From the IMG/VR virus record IMGVR_UViG_3300028920_000037, positions 32,001-96,000 of that record: a stretch of 64,000 nt of DNA. One strand, given 5' to 3'. The notes under the pieces were generated by a model. The model was not told where the DNA came from, made no database searches, and worked only from the letters and a program-made list of their open reading frames with translations. The translations under genes and the position numbers were made by a program. Shown here piece after piece: positions 18,557-28,314 of the stretch (position 1 is the first letter of the stretch; every line of letters starts with the position of its first letter). This DNA is from a virus.

Positions 18557-21500
18557 TTCTACGAACAATAACATCACGAATGAGCCTGGGTTTGTCATAG
18601 AACCTGATGAGGAACGTCGTGTTCTTGTAAACGATCCTGATAGGAATGACGATATCCAAAAGGAAACCGTTATTCGTATCGGACAGTACTTGAGCGATCT
18701 GACGAACGCAAAAGTAGGTTCTTCTACACATGAAAACAGCTATCCGATCGACAGGTCTGTCGTCGAAAGATCGACTCATGATAGCACGACTGGCCGTCCT
18801 GCTGCGCTTGCTGATGCGGAAAATTCAAGAACGTATGTCGCTCGTGAGGGAGCAACAGGTACGGTCATTGACGGCACACTCCAACAACCTGATCCAGGAA
18901 TCATCGGTCTCAACGATACGTGGCAGAGGGGCGAAACAAACGAACGTGATGTTCAGGACGGACACGAACTGCTTCCCGGCGCGGTCGAACAGACGAGTCC
19001 GGTTAGGACAATCCAGTCCGCAATCCTATCGAACAACAGGTTCAATACAGACCTCAGGCTCAACGAAACGGTTGCCGCCGGTGGTCGTTCCGCACCACGC
19101 AACGGATTTAATCCGACAATCAGGCTTCCAGATCCGAATTCAAGGGCTGAATCGTTAGGAAAGTACAACAGGGGCGTTGAGGATACGACATACAACAACC
19201 TCGCAAAGATCGGTATGATCCTGTCGCTTAGGGGTTCAGGTGAAGTCGGATCCAACAGCAGCGGATACAATCCATTGAACGGTGGTGAGGAGGCAAAGGC
19301 GATCCTACCGTCTCCTGCACAGCTCGGTATCGATAGAACTGAGTGGGAGAAACTATCCGTCTCAGATGTCATGAGGCAGATGTCAAACGCAGATATCTCT
19401 GACGGAGCGTTGATCGATATCGCAGAGAAGAGCTGGGGCGTGATGAACAACATCTACGACCCATTTGACGGAATCACGGCAACAGGCATGCCGATCCTTG
19501 CATTTACGCTCATTCTCGCGATGCTCGCAGTTGCCGAGCTGATCTCAACGCTTGTTGGATTGATTAGTCCGGGCAAGCCAGTGAACGCGCCGACGCTTCA
19601 CACGAACGGCCGTGCAGTATTCGGCAGATGGAAGTCAGACCTGCCCGGTGATGCGCCAAGGGGTTCGTCGTTCGGTCCAACGTTGAACTTTGACTTTCCG
19701 CCTCCGGTGGGAGAAATCCTCGGTATACATGAAACAGCATACCCGTTCGGCGATTCACTCAAAAAAGGAACGTACCTGTTCTTTGGTATTGAGGCATCAG
19801 CGAGCGGTGTCGTAGGAGCGGCTGTCGGCGCCGCCGCGTCATCGTTTGGGTTGGGAGGACTTGTTGAAGAGACGCCATCGGCACCGGGATACAACGCGGT
19901 GTTTTGTCGCGCTGTGATGCGCTCAACGCTTTTGATCATCGATTCGATGAAACAGCTCGCTTCATCGCCGAACTTCATCTCAGGCGTCAAGAATTTTCTC
20001 AACATCTTTGAGGTCATCAAGCGCAGCAAGCTTATCGCGGCGATCAACGTATTCACAACGCTCGGCGACAACGCGCTTAGGCAGTCGCCTGCTGATGATG
20101 TCTCGTCTGACGGGTTGATCTATACGTCAAAGATCGATGCAATCAAGAACGATGATCCCGGTGCAACGATCTCAAAGAGCAAACTTCAGGGAACAAACAA
20201 GCTTGCATGGGCAGGTAACAGGACGCATTCATCGTTCCTGATGCCACAAACGGTGTTCGGTCTTAGCATTGCAATCGCAAACTCCAACAACCAAGGCGCG
20301 TTTGGTGGACCCGGTACGCAGGTCCTTCCTGCAGAATCGTGGTCAAAGCACCATGTTGCAATCGTTCAACCTGAGTCGCCGTCATCGATTGCCTCTGCCG
20401 GTGCAAAGATCCCGCAGGTCAGCGATGATCCAGACGGAGTATCAGTTGAAAACATTGAAAAGTTGCTCGAGGCTGAGTACGTCCCATTCTACATGCATGA
20501 CCTGCGGACAAACGAAATCGTCAGCTTCCACGCATTTTTGACTGCACTCAATGAGGACTTTGCACCTGGGTGGGAGACGAGTGATGGATACGGTCGCGTC
20601 GATCCGGTTAGCATTTACAAGAATACGACGCGAAAGATCAACATTAGCTTCTGGATTGTGTCAACGGGAGCGAACGACTTCAATGACATGTGGACGAAGA
20701 TCAACAAGCTCGTGACGTTCGTTTACCCACAGTTTTCGCGTGGAAGGAAGCTGTCCGTTAAGGACAAGTGGCAGTTCACCATGCCGTTTAGCCAGATCAT
20801 GACATCATCACCGATCATTAGGCTGCGTATCGGTGACCTTGTTAGATCGAACTACTCGAGGTTCAATATCGCAAGGGTATTTGGGCTTACGGATCCTGAC
20901 ACGAAGCTCGATGGTTCTGACATAAATCTTGAAGTCAATCAGGCGGGATTGATTGCCCTACAGGGATTGTTTTGGTCGTTGAAGAAGGCACCGTGGACGC
21001 GCAAAGAACACATGTACGTCATCAAGAACGATGGCGTGAATATCGCGGCAGACCAAGGTATCTCTCTTAGTGTACCGATCCCGGTCGTCGGTTCGAGCGG
21101 AGAACCTGCAGGACAACCATGGAAGATTCCGATGGATCTTCTTCCTTACTATAAGCTGACCGCAGAGGGGCCAGCTACGCTATCGTCACAGTCATCTGCT
21201 TTGAGTGTGAACGTAAGTCTCGGTGGAGGCGGGGGCGGAGGAAGCGAACCTGACATTCCCGCAGGTATGTTCAAAATTGAGGCAATGACTTCGAGCGAGC
21301 TTCATGAAAACTATGGGTATTCGTTCGCCGACCTAGGACGTATCACCAAACGTATCAAAGACTTTGAAGACAACGGGGGAAACGCTGAGAAGACGAAGGA
21401 CAGGAGGTACATCGTTCCTACGTCGATGATTGACATTGCGCCGCTATCGAAGCGAAAGATCATCGATGAAGCGAATCTCATTGCAACAGACGCCGCCGAC

Positions 21501-21785
21501 TCGATCGTCGAATTCCTGAACCCAGAAAAGAATGCTATCGTGAAGTCTTTCGAAGAGACGGGCGGCATGGGACTTGCGTGTAGGGTAGATTCGCTTTCGT
21601 TTGATTGGCTTGATCAGACGATGTGGGAAACGAGCACACCAGGAGCAGTGGCGCCAAACCGAGTCAAGGCAACGATGTCGTTCACAGCGATCCATGACAT
21701 CGCTCCTGGTCTAGACCATCAAGGTTACAACAGAGGTCCCATATATCCAGTTGGACCGTGGAACACTCGCATCGTAAGGGGATAG
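18549..21785 (+). CDS. Baseplate/tube-initiator-like structural protein
   Basis: Tube-fold-like segment FHAFLTALNEDF..GW....YGRVDPVSIYKNTTRKINISF...SPIIRLRIGDL and C-terminal SLSFDW...WE...P...MSFTAIHD; context. Confidence 0.6.
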   Translation: MPDSTNNNITNEPGFVIEPDEERRVLVNDPDRNDDIQKETVIRIGQYLSDLTNAKVGSSTHENSYPIDRSVVERSTHDSTTGRPAALADAENSRTYVAREGATGTVIDGTLQQPDPGIIGLNDTWQRGETNERDVQDGHELLPGAVEQTSPVRTIQSAILSNNRFNTDLRLNETVAAGGRSAPRNGFNPTIRLPDPNSRAESLGKYNRGVEDTTYNNLAKIGMILSLRGSGEVGSNSSGYNPLNGGEEAKAILPSPAQLGIDRTEWEKLSVSDVMRQMSNADISDGALIDIAEKSWGVMNNIYDPFDGITATGMPILAFTLILAMLAVAELISTLVGLISPGKPVNAPTLHTNGRAVFGRWKSDLPGDAPRGSSFGPTLNFDFPPPVGEILGIHETAYPFGDSLKKGTYLFFGIEASASGVVGAAVGAAASSFGLGGLVEETPSAPGYNAVFCRAVMRSTLLIIDSMKQLASSPNFISGVKNFLNIFEVIKRSKLIAAINVFTTLGDNALRQSPADDVSSDGLIYTSKIDAIKNDDPGATISKSKLQGTNKLAWAGNRTHSSFLMPQTVFGLSIAIANSNNQGAFGGPGTQVLPAESWSKHHVAIVQPESPSSIASAGAKIPQVSDDPDGVSVENIEKLLEAEYVPFYMHDLRTNEIVSFHAFLTALNEDFAPGWETSDGYGRVDPVSIYKNTTRKINISFWIVSTGANDFNDMWTKINKLVTFVYPQFSRGRKLSVKDKWQFTMPFSQIMTSSPIIRLRIGDLVRSNYSRFNIARVFGLTDPDTKLDGSDINLEVNQAGLIALQGLFWSLKKAPWTRKEHMYVIKNDGVNIAADQGISLSVPIPVVGSSGEPAGQPWKIPMDLLPYYKLTAEGPATLSSQSSALSVNVSLGGGGGGGSEPDIPAGMFKIEAMTSSELHENYGYSFADLGRITKRIKDFEDNGGNAEKTKDRRYIVPTSMIDIAPLSKRKIIDEANLIATDAADSIVEFLNPEKNAIVKSFEETGGMGLACRVDSLSFDWLDQTMWETSTPGAVAPNRVKATMSFTAIHDIAPGLDHQGYNRGPIYPVGPWNTRIVRG

Positions 21786-21786
21786 G

Positions 21787-22080
21787 ATGTCAGTCAGTAG
21801 GTACATTTCTGCACCGAGGTTGTCGTTGGGCCGAAGCCTTGGTACGACGCGCACAATCTCGGCGATACGTTCAGCTGTCGCAAAGGGAAACCTCAAGTGT
21901 AAGACGATCATTGTTCGTGGTAGGGAACGCCTCGATACGATCTCATATGATGTCTACAAGGACGGACGTTACTGGTGGATCCTCGCCGCAGCATCAAACA
22001 TTGGATGGGGACTTCAGGTCCCGCCTGGTACTGTTGTCAAGGTTCCAAACCTTCAAGAGGCCTTATCATTTGTGATCTAA
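21787..22080 (+). CDS. LysM-like baseplate wedge protein (gp53/tail-X-like)
   Basis: ERLDTISYDVYKDGRYWWILAAASNI...VPPGTVVKVP. Confidence 0.85.
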   Translation: MSVSRYISAPRLSLGRSLGTTRTISAIRSAVAKGNLKCKTIIVRGRERLDTISYDVYKDGRYWWILAAASNIGWGLQVPPGTVVKVPNLQEALSFVI

Positions 22081-22081
22081 C

Positions 22082-25000
22082 ATGCCAATACCAGCAGGAC
22101 TACGTCAATTCTTCAGGATGGTCGAAACGGCAGACATCTTTGCTGCAAAGCAGATGGCCGATTCGGACGCCTATGACCGCGCATTGAAGTCAGGTGCGGG
22201 GGAGGATACGTATGCTGTCCAGGGAGTCGCTGGATTCTATCACTACCTTTTGAGCATCATGATCGAAGCGGATGCTCGAGGAGTGTATCCGATCAGAACG
22301 TTGATGGAAGTCGTTGCAGAACGTATGAAGAACGGCATCCAGAATGGTGATAAGAACATTCCGGTTGCCGACGAGCTTCTGAAGACTGTGCTTTTTGCGC
22401 TGCGCATGTATTCAACGAAGGGTAAGTTTGTTATCAATGATGCCGACATGTTGTTTCAGAATTCGTACGCTGCTCACGAGGGCGCAAAGCAGATCGACAA
22501 CCTCGTAGAGATCATGGGATGGACAGACGATCAGGTTGAAGAGAACAGCGAAATCGGTGTTGTGCTTGCGACAACACCGCTCGTTACACCACACATGCGT
22601 AACGTAGACAACATCCAGTTCTGGTTGAACAGCATTCCGTCGTATGCTGCTTCACGAATGATGCCGTACTTCGATGTCAAGTTTCAGTTTCAACGCGACC
22701 AAGGAGACGAAGAAGAGGCCGCAAACACAACGTTTGGTCTTCTGAAGTTCCTTGAAGGAGCACAACTGTCTTTTCCTGAGGATTCTGCGAACAAGGCGAT
22801 GTTCGATGGAAACCACTACAGCGGTGAACAGATCGCGGCAGCGGAACAGGATGCTCCACGTCACAATCACCATTACCGTGCGGGTATGGAGGTTTTTCTT
22901 TCACCGCAGACATTGGTGAATCCGAATCCTGAAGGCCACAACGACAGGTACGTTGATGTCATAGATAGGTTTCGACCGCTTGCGAGTCTAAAGTCAGCAG
23001 ACATCAACATTCAACCGTTGATTGGATTCATGACGTACAAGAACGGAACATTGACGTTCGTTGTACACGATCGTTCGCGTCTTCACGAGATCGCCGATAT
23101 GATCAGACCGCAGCTGTTCAAGGGGACAACGTTGTGGCTAACATACGGTTGGCGTCACCCTGAAGAACTTAACAATCCGTTTGCAAACTTCATCAACCAG
23201 ACGATGCTTGTTCGTGAAGCGTTTATGGTTGTTAATGCTGAGTTTTCGTTTGACAATGTCGGTCAGGTCGAGGTAAAGCTTCACATTGCAACTCAGGGTG
23301 CACGCACCGCAGAGGTCACAAGCATCGTCGGTGAGAACAACGAAATCGATAGACAGCTTCGACAACTTGAAGACATCAGACGTAGGATCGAACACATCAA
23401 GCAGAGATTGAACCTTGTACCTCCACATGGCGTCAAGGATGAAGTTAGGGCGTATGAGCTCTTGGATGCTGCAGCGCGAGGCGCGCAGCCTGACATGGAA
23501 AAGAACGAGCTTAAGAAGGCGCTGAAGGCATTGAAGTCGTTATTGAATACTTCGGCTGCCGATGACGCGCTCGCTGCCGAACTGAACAACGTCCAGACCG
23601 CGCTCGAGAAGATGTACAGCGCAAAATCTAATGAAGACACTAAGGAAGGCTTCAACTTTGAGAATCTGAAGAACACATACGAGCAGGTCATCGCCGACAA
23701 GTTCGCAAACCTATCTTCCACGCCTGATCCATGGAAGATGACCGAAGATACTGTGCAGGCCGCTGTCGACGCCGGCGAAATACCAGATGGATTCGTTGAT
23801 CAAGAGCTGCTTGGACAGTACAAGTTTGCCGATGATCCAAAGAACGCCATCGCAAACATTCAGATGCAAAATAGGGTCGTTTCGTTTGGCAAGCTGTTCA
23901 TGATGTTTGTCGGTAACGCAATAGCAAACCTTGAAGAGGTCGATGAGGTTCAGGTCTGGTTTTACAAGCTAAACGATCACTGTGGTCCTGCAAGCGGAAT
24001 CAACATCGCGTCGTTTCCGATCGAGGTGGCGTCGTTCCTCAGGAAGTACAACGACTATGTCTTTAGAAAGAGGTCTCAGCGTGTTTCTGTGAAGGAATTC
24101 ATGAGCATCCTCATCGGGACGCAGTTTGGAGATGTCAGGGGTCTTGGATATGGGATGAGAAACTTCTACGAACCCTACGATCCCAAGAACATCGATCCAA
24201 AGGTGAAGAAAGGACAGCAAAAGGCGCTTGAGAGCGCTGTGAAAGAACGTCAGCTCAAATACGGTGTGTTTCAGAAGCCGGCGCTTCAGGTGTTCATTGA
24301 GACTGTTCACGCTAGGACGGACAAGACGTCATCTGGAATCGACCTCCTGCAGCTGCTCGACTACGTTGACTCACCAGATGCCCAGAAGTTCGGTGCCTCT
24401 CCTTCGGCGGCGGCGGGTTCATACAAACGTGTGATGCGCATCCACATTTACGACAAGGCGATGAATCCGTATCCTGCAGAGAGTCACATGCTTCGTGACA
24501 AGTTAGGAAACATCCTGGAGATCCCTGGCGGCAAGACAGGCGAATCATTCTACAACAAGCTGATCGACATCCAGCGACGTTGGGGTTCTGACAACGAGAA
24601 CGCTGAGAACGCGGCACGAAATCTTGTCCTCTACAGGGGAGGGACGGAAACAGAACCTGGTACCGTTAGGTTCAAGACGCACGACATCCAACCCAACGAA
24701 GGTGACGGCGTAAACGTAAGACAGCAGTTGACAGAGATGATATCGCGACGCATGCCGTCGATCTACTACGGGAACAACGGAACTGTGATCCACAACGCGT
24801 CGCTATCGACGAAGGCGGATTCACGTGTATCGACGATCAACATGATCAGGCCCGTTGGAAATCAGGTGACGATGCAACCGAACGGTGCGGCAGTCGGCAA
24901 CCTACCCGTGAGAGTCATTCCCGCGACAATGAACATGTCGTCGCTTGGTTGTCCACTTTGCGCACCTGCCCAGCTCTACTATTTTGATTTCAACACAGGA

Positions 25001-25168
25001 ACGACGGTTGATAACCTCTACATCCTTACGCATGTGAATCATACGTTTGGTCCTGGAAAGTTTGAAACGAGCTGGCAGTTCGGGTATTCTGACGGTTACG
25101 CTCGATACGAAAACCTTCCGACGATCATGGCGAACTTTGCGAAGGAAGTCGAAGAGTTCAATGCCTGA
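22082..25168 (+). CDS. Baseplate hub-like structural protein
   Basis: 1028 aa after LysM; LWLTYGWRHP and C-terminal GCP...Y...TGTTVDNLYILTHVNHTFGPGKFET, resembling gp27/gpD-like hubs. Confidence 0.55.
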   Translation: MPIPAGLRQFFRMVETADIFAAKQMADSDAYDRALKSGAGEDTYAVQGVAGFYHYLLSIMIEADARGVYPIRTLMEVVAERMKNGIQNGDKNIPVADELLKTVLFALRMYSTKGKFVINDADMLFQNSYAAHEGAKQIDNLVEIMGWTDDQVEENSEIGVVLATTPLVTPHMRNVDNIQFWLNSIPSYAASRMMPYFDVKFQFQRDQGDEEEAANTTFGLLKFLEGAQLSFPEDSANKAMFDGNHYSGEQIAAAEQDAPRHNHHYRAGMEVFLSPQTLVNPNPEGHNDRYVDVIDRFRPLASLKSADINIQPLIGFMTYKNGTLTFVVHDRSRLHEIADMIRPQLFKGTTLWLTYGWRHPEELNNPFANFINQTMLVREAFMVVNAEFSFDNVGQVEVKLHIATQGARTAEVTSIVGENNEIDRQLRQLEDIRRRIEHIKQRLNLVPPHGVKDEVRAYELLDAAARGAQPDMEKNELKKALKALKSLLNTSAADDALAAELNNVQTALEKMYSAKSNEDTKEGFNFENLKNTYEQVIADKFANLSSTPDPWKMTEDTVQAAVDAGEIPDGFVDQELLGQYKFADDPKNAIANIQMQNRVVSFGKLFMMFVGNAIANLEEVDEVQVWFYKLNDHCGPASGINIASFPIEVASFLRKYNDYVFRKRSQRVSVKEFMSILIGTQFGDVRGLGYGMRNFYEPYDPKNIDPKVKKGQQKALESAVKERQLKYGVFQKPALQVFIETVHARTDKTSSGIDLLQLLDYVDSPDAQKFGASPSAAAGSYKRVMRIHIYDKAMNPYPAESHMLRDKLGNILEIPGGKTGESFYNKLIDIQRRWGSDNENAENAARNLVLYRGGTETEPGTVRFKTHDIQPNEGDGVNVRQQLTEMISRRMPSIYYGNNGTVIHNASLSTKADSRVSTINMIRPVGNQVTMQPNGAAVGNLPVRVIPATMNMSSLGCPLCAPAQLYYFDFNTGTTVDNLYILTHVNHTFGPGKFETSWQFGYSDGYARYENLPTIMANFAKEVEEFNA

Positions 25169-25176
25169 TTTATCGC

Positions 25177-25205
25177 CTGTAGTGTAGATGTATGCAGTGT
25201 AAAAT
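25177..25205 (+). promoter_or_regulatory. Sigma70-type promoter CTGTAG-N17-TAAAAT, leaderless
   Basis: The -10 ends 6 nt before GTG 25212. Confidence 0.55.
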
Positions 25206-25211
25206 TCCACG

Positions 25212-26453
25212 GTGCACTATCTGATAGACTGTGATGTTCTAGGAACGCGAGAACACCTTGTTGTCGTAGGTGACAAAAACGGTAGCAAGGCTCGCTGGAT
25301 AAACTACGTACCAGAAGGTGTCTGGTACCTTTCGGGAAAGCTGAAGGACGATGGATGGTGTCTTGATACGTTGCTGCGCCTGAATCACATCAACATCGAC
25401 CTTCTACCGGACGAGAGGTACAAGAACGTCATCGAGACGGTGATGTCAGGATCGAATGTTTCGCCTCCTTGGTCAAAAGTGATGAAGCGTGGCCATCACA
25501 TAGACCACGTCAAAAAAATCGTTGACCAGATCAATGAGGCCATAAGCAGTCTTGATGAAAGTTATTACAGGGACACGTGGGTGCCTGAGACGGCAATATT
25601 CGATCGTCTAAACCCTGCCTACATTGATGAGGCGCTTTGGCGAGAATGGATGCTCCGTGAGGTTGGAAACAAGCATGTCATCAAGACGTTCAAGCCCACG
25701 GACGGCGTGGCGCGTCACGTTGAGTACAACAGGTTTGGAACACGCACTGGTCGCCTTACGGTCGCCCGCGGGCCGAACATACTGACGCTTCGCAAGGACG
25801 CGAGGAACATCGTCAAATCGCGTTATCCGTTTGGATCAGTCGCGATGTACGACTTTTCTGCGCTCGAGGTCAGGCTCGTACTGTACGAAGCAGGGTATAG
25901 GTGCGACGATGTTGACCTCTACGGATTCCTGAGGGACGAGCTCTACAAGGGAAAGGTCGAGAGGGACGCCATCAAGCAGGCAGTCATTTCGGAGCTCTAC
26001 GGACAGAACAAGTTTGCACTCGGCGACAACCTTGGGATAGGTGGAAAGGTTCTTGATAGGTTCGTGCGCAAGATCAAGACGTACTTTCAGTTTGATAACC
26101 TCAAAAAGAGGACGAAGGATGGTTACGTCTCTACGGGATACGTGACAAACAGGTATGGTCGTCATATCACAATCGATGAACCGCTAGATCACATCATTTT
26201 CAATTCATACGTCCAGTCAACCGGTGTTGATGTGACGCTTCTCGGTTTTGAAGAGCTATGCAAGCGGTTGCCAGAAGGATGTGTTCCTCTGTACCTTTTG
26301 CATGACGCGTTGCTCATAGACTGCCCCAGCTTTGATGCGCTTGAAAAGGTCATCTGGCTAAAGGTGCCCGGTTACGTGCAGCGATGGCCCTTGAAACTTG
26401 AACAAGTGTCCGTTAATGGAGTATGTTCGCAAGAAGAGGCACAAGATGACTAA
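25212..26453 (+). CDS. Minimal family A DNA polymerase (polymerase domain only)
   Basis: TRTGRLT...PN, motif A DFSALEVR, motif B RDAIKQAVISELYG, NSYVQSTGVD, motif C LHDALL; no recognisable exonuclease domains. Confidence 0.85.
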   Translation: MHYLIDCDVLGTREHLVVVGDKNGSKARWINYVPEGVWYLSGKLKDDGWCLDTLLRLNHINIDLLPDERYKNVIETVMSGSNVSPPWSKVMKRGHHIDHVKKIVDQINEAISSLDESYYRDTWVPETAIFDRLNPAYIDEALWREWMLREVGNKHVIKTFKPTDGVARHVEYNRFGTRTGRLTVARGPNILTLRKDARNIVKSRYPFGSVAMYDFSALEVRLVLYEAGYRCDDVDLYGFLRDELYKGKVERDAIKQAVISELYGQNKFALGDNLGIGGKVLDRFVRKIKTYFQFDNLKKRTKDGYVSTGYVTNRYGRHITIDEPLDHIIFNSYVQSTGVDVTLLGFEELCKRLPEGCVPLYLLHDALLIDCPSFDALEKVIWLKVPGYVQRWPLKLEQVSVNGVCSQEEAQDD

Positions 26454-27069
26454 AAAAATGCAAGAAATCACACCAGAAGAAATCAATGAGAACTTTGAAA
26501 AGTTCACTGGTTTTTTGCAGAAGCTTGAGGACACTCCCGATAGAAAGGGGGCAGCGCTTCAGATGTGTGATGAGCTCGGTGAACGCCTTGCCCTCTGTCC
26601 GGCATCAGGCAGGCTCGACTATCACAACTGCTTTCCAGGCGGACTTGTTGAGCATTCGAATCGTGTTCTCGGCAATGGGCTCAGGCTTCGCAAGCAGTTC
26701 TCGAGCGTAGAAATGGTTCCTACGTCATCATTGATCATTGGGTGCCTCTTCCATGATCTAGGCAAGGTGGGCGACCTCACAGACGACTACTATATCCCTC
26801 AAGATAGTGATTGGCATCGTGATAAGCTTGGTGAGTTTTACAAGGTCAATACCGAGATGAAATATATGACCGTTCCTCACAGGAGCGTGTTCCTATGTCA
26901 ACACTTCGGGCTGCGTCTTACACATGATGAGATGGTCGCGATTCTGATCCATGATGGACAGTACGTCGATGATAATAAATCGTACAAGATGAAAGAACCC
27001 GCCCTTGCTGACATCGTTCATTTGGCTGACTACCTTGCTGGCAAGGAAGAGAAAGGTATGCTTGTATGA
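26446..27069 (+). CDS. HD-domain phosphohydrolase (YhaM-like)
   Basis: PAS...YHNCFPGGLVEHS, LFHDLGK, H.RS, AILIHDG, VHLAD. Confidence 0.85.
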   Translation: MTKKMQEITPEEINENFEKFTGFLQKLEDTPDRKGAALQMCDELGERLALCPASGRLDYHNCFPGGLVEHSNRVLGNGLRLRKQFSSVEMVPTSSLIIGCLFHDLGKVGDLTDDYYIPQDSDWHRDKLGEFYKVNTEMKYMTVPHRSVFLCQHFGLRLTHDEMVAILIHDGQYVDDNKSYKMKEPALADIVHLADYLAGKEEKGMLV

Positions 27070-27311
27070 TCTACGAAAATGTTGTTGTTGAGCTCGATGG
27101 AACGCGAAACACGCAGGATATCATCGATGAGTTTACGTCTCATGGAGCGACCGTCTCACCCGATGAGACAGATCCTGACGTGTTGTATGTCTCAGGCGTT
27201 CCTCATGACCTTGTTGATTATGTTGAAGGGATCGCGGAATACGCCCCCTTTGACGGAGACACAAAGGATATGCTTGACACTTTTGAAGCGATTCAAGACG
27301 AAGAATTGTAG
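27066..27311 (+). CDS. Hypothetical acidic protein
   Basis: ATGA overlap with the HD gene; 81 aa. Confidence 0.55.
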   Translation: MIYENVVVELDGTRNTQDIIDEFTSHGATVSPDETDPDVLYVSGVPHDLVDYVEGIAEYAPFDGDTKDMLDTFEAIQDEEL

Positions 27312-27362
27312 TTCAAACAGTACAAAATATCGCCACAAGCTTCATGGTGCGATATTTATACC

Positions 27363-27611
27363 GTGCGCTATGGCATTCTGAGAGAGTACGTTCGGATGCT
27401 CGTGGAGTCTGATGTAGACGATCCACGTGTGCCCGATCAGCCGTTTGATCCGGACGACATCGATAGCCAAGGCGACGTTGATTCTGAGGAAGACAAAGAG
27501 AAGCAGCTTAGAGGCAAAGAAGAGGTAGACGAGTTTTGTGCTGTCGGTGGTGCCGGAGGCCCACAGATCATGGGACACGTTGGAGCGGAAAACGGACGAC
27601 GCAGGAAATAG
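27363..27611 (+). CDS. Small putative virion protein (apparently leaderless)
   Basis: ATATTTA 27352-27358, 4 nt before GTG; MRYGILREYVRMLVES leader. Confidence 0.55.
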   Translation: MRYGILREYVRMLVESDVDDPRVPDQPFDPDDIDSQGDVDSEEDKEKQLRGKEEVDEFCAVGGAGGPQIMGHVGAENGRRRK

Positions 27612-27645
27612 TTAACACTCGCGCAGCATGAGGTAAAAATAGGGC

Positions 27646-28266
27646 ATGGCTACAAAGCGGGCATTTACACCGTACGACGCGGATCTTGAGAAGCGTACGT
27701 ACGACGCAGCATACTACGAGAATCACGTCAAGTACTACGAGAAGGGCATTCCGTTCTTTGAATCGTACGTACGAGACAACTTTGAGTTTGAATCGATCGC
27801 TGATTGTGGTTGCGGAACGGGTGCCTTCGTCGCCGGGTTCCAAGACGACAAGAAGGTCTTTGGATTCGACTATTCTAACGGCTCAAAGGAAGTTACATTT
27901 CTCAAACCTGAAAACTTCCATGAGGCTGACCTTACTGAATCAGGTGCAACGGCGATCGCGCAGGGGGTCGACATCGTGATCTCGCTTGAGGTGTATGAAC
28001 ACATCAAACCGGCGTTTGAGGACAACTACCTTGAAAACGTTTTCGGTCTTGGCGCAAAACACGTCATCATCAGCTGCGCACCACCTAAGCAGTGGGGACG
28101 ACATCACTACAACTGCAAGTCAACAGATGAGGTCAAGGAAACGGTTGGAGAAAAGTTTCCTCAGTATGAGATCGACGAAGAGCGCACCGAAGCGTTCAAG
28201 AGGATCAAGAAGCTTGCGTCATTCTATCGTAAGAACACAATGGTCTTTCGTAAGAAGGGCGTCTGA
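27646..28266 (+). CDS. Class I SAM-dependent methyltransferase
   Basis: IADCGCGTG, GFDYS, DIVISLEVYEHI, G.HH.NC. Confidence 0.85.
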   Translation: MATKRAFTPYDADLEKRTYDAAYYENHVKYYEKGIPFFESYVRDNFEFESIADCGCGTGAFVAGFQDDKKVFGFDYSNGSKEVTFLKPENFHEADLTESGATAIAQGVDIVISLEVYEHIKPAFEDNYLENVFGLGAKHVIISCAPPKQWGRHHYNCKSTDEVKETVGEKFPQYEIDEERTEAFKRIKKLASFYRKNTMVFRKKGV

Positions 28267-28314
28267 ACATAAACAAACGGATAAAGTAAGGTAAAAGAAC
28301 CGAAAGGAACAAAG

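Noticed and set aside
1-25168. Bacterial extracellular contractile injection system (eCIS/tailocin)
   Set aside because: The module is contiguous with a full phage replication set and many HEGs, and no eCIS AAA ATPase or cellular housekeeping context is seen.
27608-27614. ATAGTTA as a late promoter for the methyltransferase
   Set aside because: It overlaps the upstream TAG stop and a plausible -35 (GTTAAC-N17-TAAAAA-N6-ATG), so it is ambiguous and was not counted.
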